A stretch of DNA of 64,000 nt from Heteronotia binoei (lineage: Eukaryota): positions 54,498,001 to 54,562,000 of the forward strand of contig NC_083232.1 of assembly GCF_032191835.1 (NCBI RefSeq). The letters are read 5' to 3'. Position 1 is the stretch's first letter. Every line of letters starts with the position of its first letter. The notes beneath the pieces are model-generated. The model ran no database searches and was not told the DNA's origin. It saw nothing but the letters and a program-made list of their open reading frames with translations. The position numbers were made by a program, and so were the translations under genes. Of this stretch, positions 62,051-64,000 are shown piece after piece.

Positions 62051-62500
62051 GATGATATTGCATTTATATCCCACCCTATACTCTGAATCTCAGAGCAGTC
62101 ACAATCTCCTTTACCTCCCCCCCTCCTGCAACAGACTCCCTGTGAGGTGGGTGGGGCTGAGAGAGCTCTTGCAGCAGCTGCCCTTTCAAGGACAACTCCT
62201 ACAAGAGTTATGGCTGACACAAGGCTATTCCAGCAGCCATAGCTGTCTTAATGCATGGGCCTGATGGGCACTTGCCCGTGGGCCCCATGAGCATAGGGGC
62301 CCCATACTAATCTGTGTATGATTAACCATTTACACTTTTATTCCTGTGAGCAGTTGTCATAGGGGCTCAGTACACTGCTTTGCCCGGGGGCCATAATGCT
62401 GTTAAGATGGCCCTGCCAGCAGCTGCAAGTGGAGGAGTGGGGAATCAAACCCAGTTCTCCCAGATAACAGTCCATACACTTAACCACTACACCAAACTGG
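62051..62500 (-). mobile_element. MIR/Squam3-like SINE interrupted by a hAT MITE
   Basis: Reverse-complement match to the 20338 copy at 62051-62237 and 62416-62500. Confidence 0.85.
62238..62415. mobile_element. hAT (Tip100-like) MITE, 178 bp
   Basis: Exact 8-bp TSD ccagcagc; termini catagctgtcttaa / ttaagatggccctg. Confidence 0.8.
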
Positions 62501-62926
62501 GTAACTAATACATTGGGTTTTTTTAAATAAAATGATTAAAAATCAATTATTTTAAGTGTATAGTTATCAGATACCTCTAAAATTAAGACAAGCTTTAATG
62601 TTTGGCTTACTAAAATGCTGTTTGACAAATTTGTTGATACCGCCTTCTTCAAAAAGAAATTATATTCTGTTGAAAGCAAGTAAATCTGAAAGTGAAGTTA
62701 TGTAAACATATATGCAAGTATAATGAACTTGCAGTGGTTTTCATCATATCAGTACTAATTAGCACCTAATCAACAATGCAGGAAATCAAGGATTTACAGC
62801 ATTGCAGTAGAATTCCAATAAATTAAGGCCATTGCCAAGGACAGTTAGTATACTACAACAAGGGTGGGGGGAGAAACTCAATTGGGCAAACAAATATTCA
62901 TGTACTAAGAAGAGACTGCCTGGTAC

Positions 62927-63105
62927 TAAGGTGGCCAACTTCCTGAAGAAAAATGTACTGTCCCTTTAATAGAGGCTTAAAATATTATTTACCATGTGAC
63001 AGGATTTATTTCAATGACATGAAATATTACAGCTGTCCATTTGCATACATTATGCCTCTGTTAAAAAAGCAGAGCATTTTCCATCAGAGTGTGTTGGCAA
63101 CCCTG
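62927..63105. mobile_element. hAT-type MITE, 179 bp
   Basis: Termini taaggtggccaac / gttggcaaccctg; flanks cctggtac / cctgatac match 7/8. Confidence 0.75.
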
Positions 63106-64000
63106 CCTGATACATTTTACTTAAAAGAAGGAATTAGTTGAGCAACTTAATCTGGTAACTGGAGAGTTCTTTAGCATTTATACTGATTGCTTCTGAAGAA
63201 CAAGATCAATTATATTGCTCAATAAGAAGAGGCAGCATCTCGATATAAGCAGCACTTAAATGCCCTTTCAAAAACACCCACACCCACTACAGAAGCATTC
63301 TTCAAAAGGAAATAGTATTAAATTCCAAAACCTGCAGCTCATTATTAAAACCACCAGGATAAACTTCATACAACAGTTTTCAAAATCCCCATCCTGTGTT
63401 CAGCGGTCTTTTATAGTGAAGCTAGGAGGCTGGCTTTAGATAGCAGTGCTGTCTTCTCTCCATCCTACTTGAATAGTCAGGGAACTATTTGGAAAGATGG
63501 AAGTCATGCCTGGTACATGCAAGACATTTTCTTGCTGCGTTATGGCCACTGCATCATGGGTTAGATCCAAAGAGCTATTCTAGACTTCACCCTTCAGTCC
63601 TATACAGTTACCCCAGCTAAGCTTTCAACTGACTTAGATATGAACAACTCTACACATGGCCACATTGCTAGACTTGAAACATGTCCTGAAGGGTTTTTGA
63701 CTTGTCCAGTTTGAATGCTGTATTAAACTGCTAAGTGACTCTTCTTGTTTCCACAAGTAGTTTGCTAGGTTTCATGTTAGGCTGCTGTTTGAGAAACAAA
63801 AGCCCAGTGACTCATTTGGTGTATGGAACTAGGAAGGCTATTGTACAGAACTTCAGTTTTTTAACACAATGTTCCCAATGAAGTTTTGCACTTCGAGAAG
63901 TTAAGAAACTACAAAACAATGGCTTGGATCCTCTGGCATGTGAAAGATACAGTTCTCTGCTTTCTTTCTGCCTTTCTCTGGGAGTCTGAAAATGCAGACC

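Overview
Eukaryotic DNA from a squamate reptile, probably a gecko (inferred from the repeat families). The whole window lies inside IGF2BP3, which is on the minus strand. Six coding exons (vertebrate exons 3-8, encoding RRM2 through KH1 and the start of KH2) were placed to the base by GT-AG boundaries and continuous reading phase; exons 1-2 and 9 onward were not found. The introns are full of transposable elements. There are three DIRS1-type tyrosine-recombinase retrotransposons with both termini and an internal complementary region (2043-7137, 45939-51826, ~57614-61599) plus older DIRS fossils. There are also L2, CR1 and L1 LINE fragments, a Gypsy-like gag-protease remnant, Sauria, 5S-Sauria-like and MIR/Squam3-like SINEs, hAT and Tc1/mariner-type MITEs, and six Penelope-like (PLE) terminal fragments carrying minimal hammerhead ribozyme motifs. 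Main observations: (1) a near-perfect 294-bp palindrome with an intact GUC hammerhead on each strand; (2) every other hammerhead on the host-sense strand is broken in its catalytic core; (3) two templated insertions in one DIRS recombinase gene, one of them 47/47 identical to an L2 copy 13.5 kb away; (4) a candidate 20-nt poison microexon with a perfect donor and a UGC/UGCAUG acceptor context. Coordinates were counted by hand. Exon, TSD and ribozyme coordinates should be exact or nearly so; old repeat boundaries are approximate, and repeat family names come from recalled similarity, not database searches.
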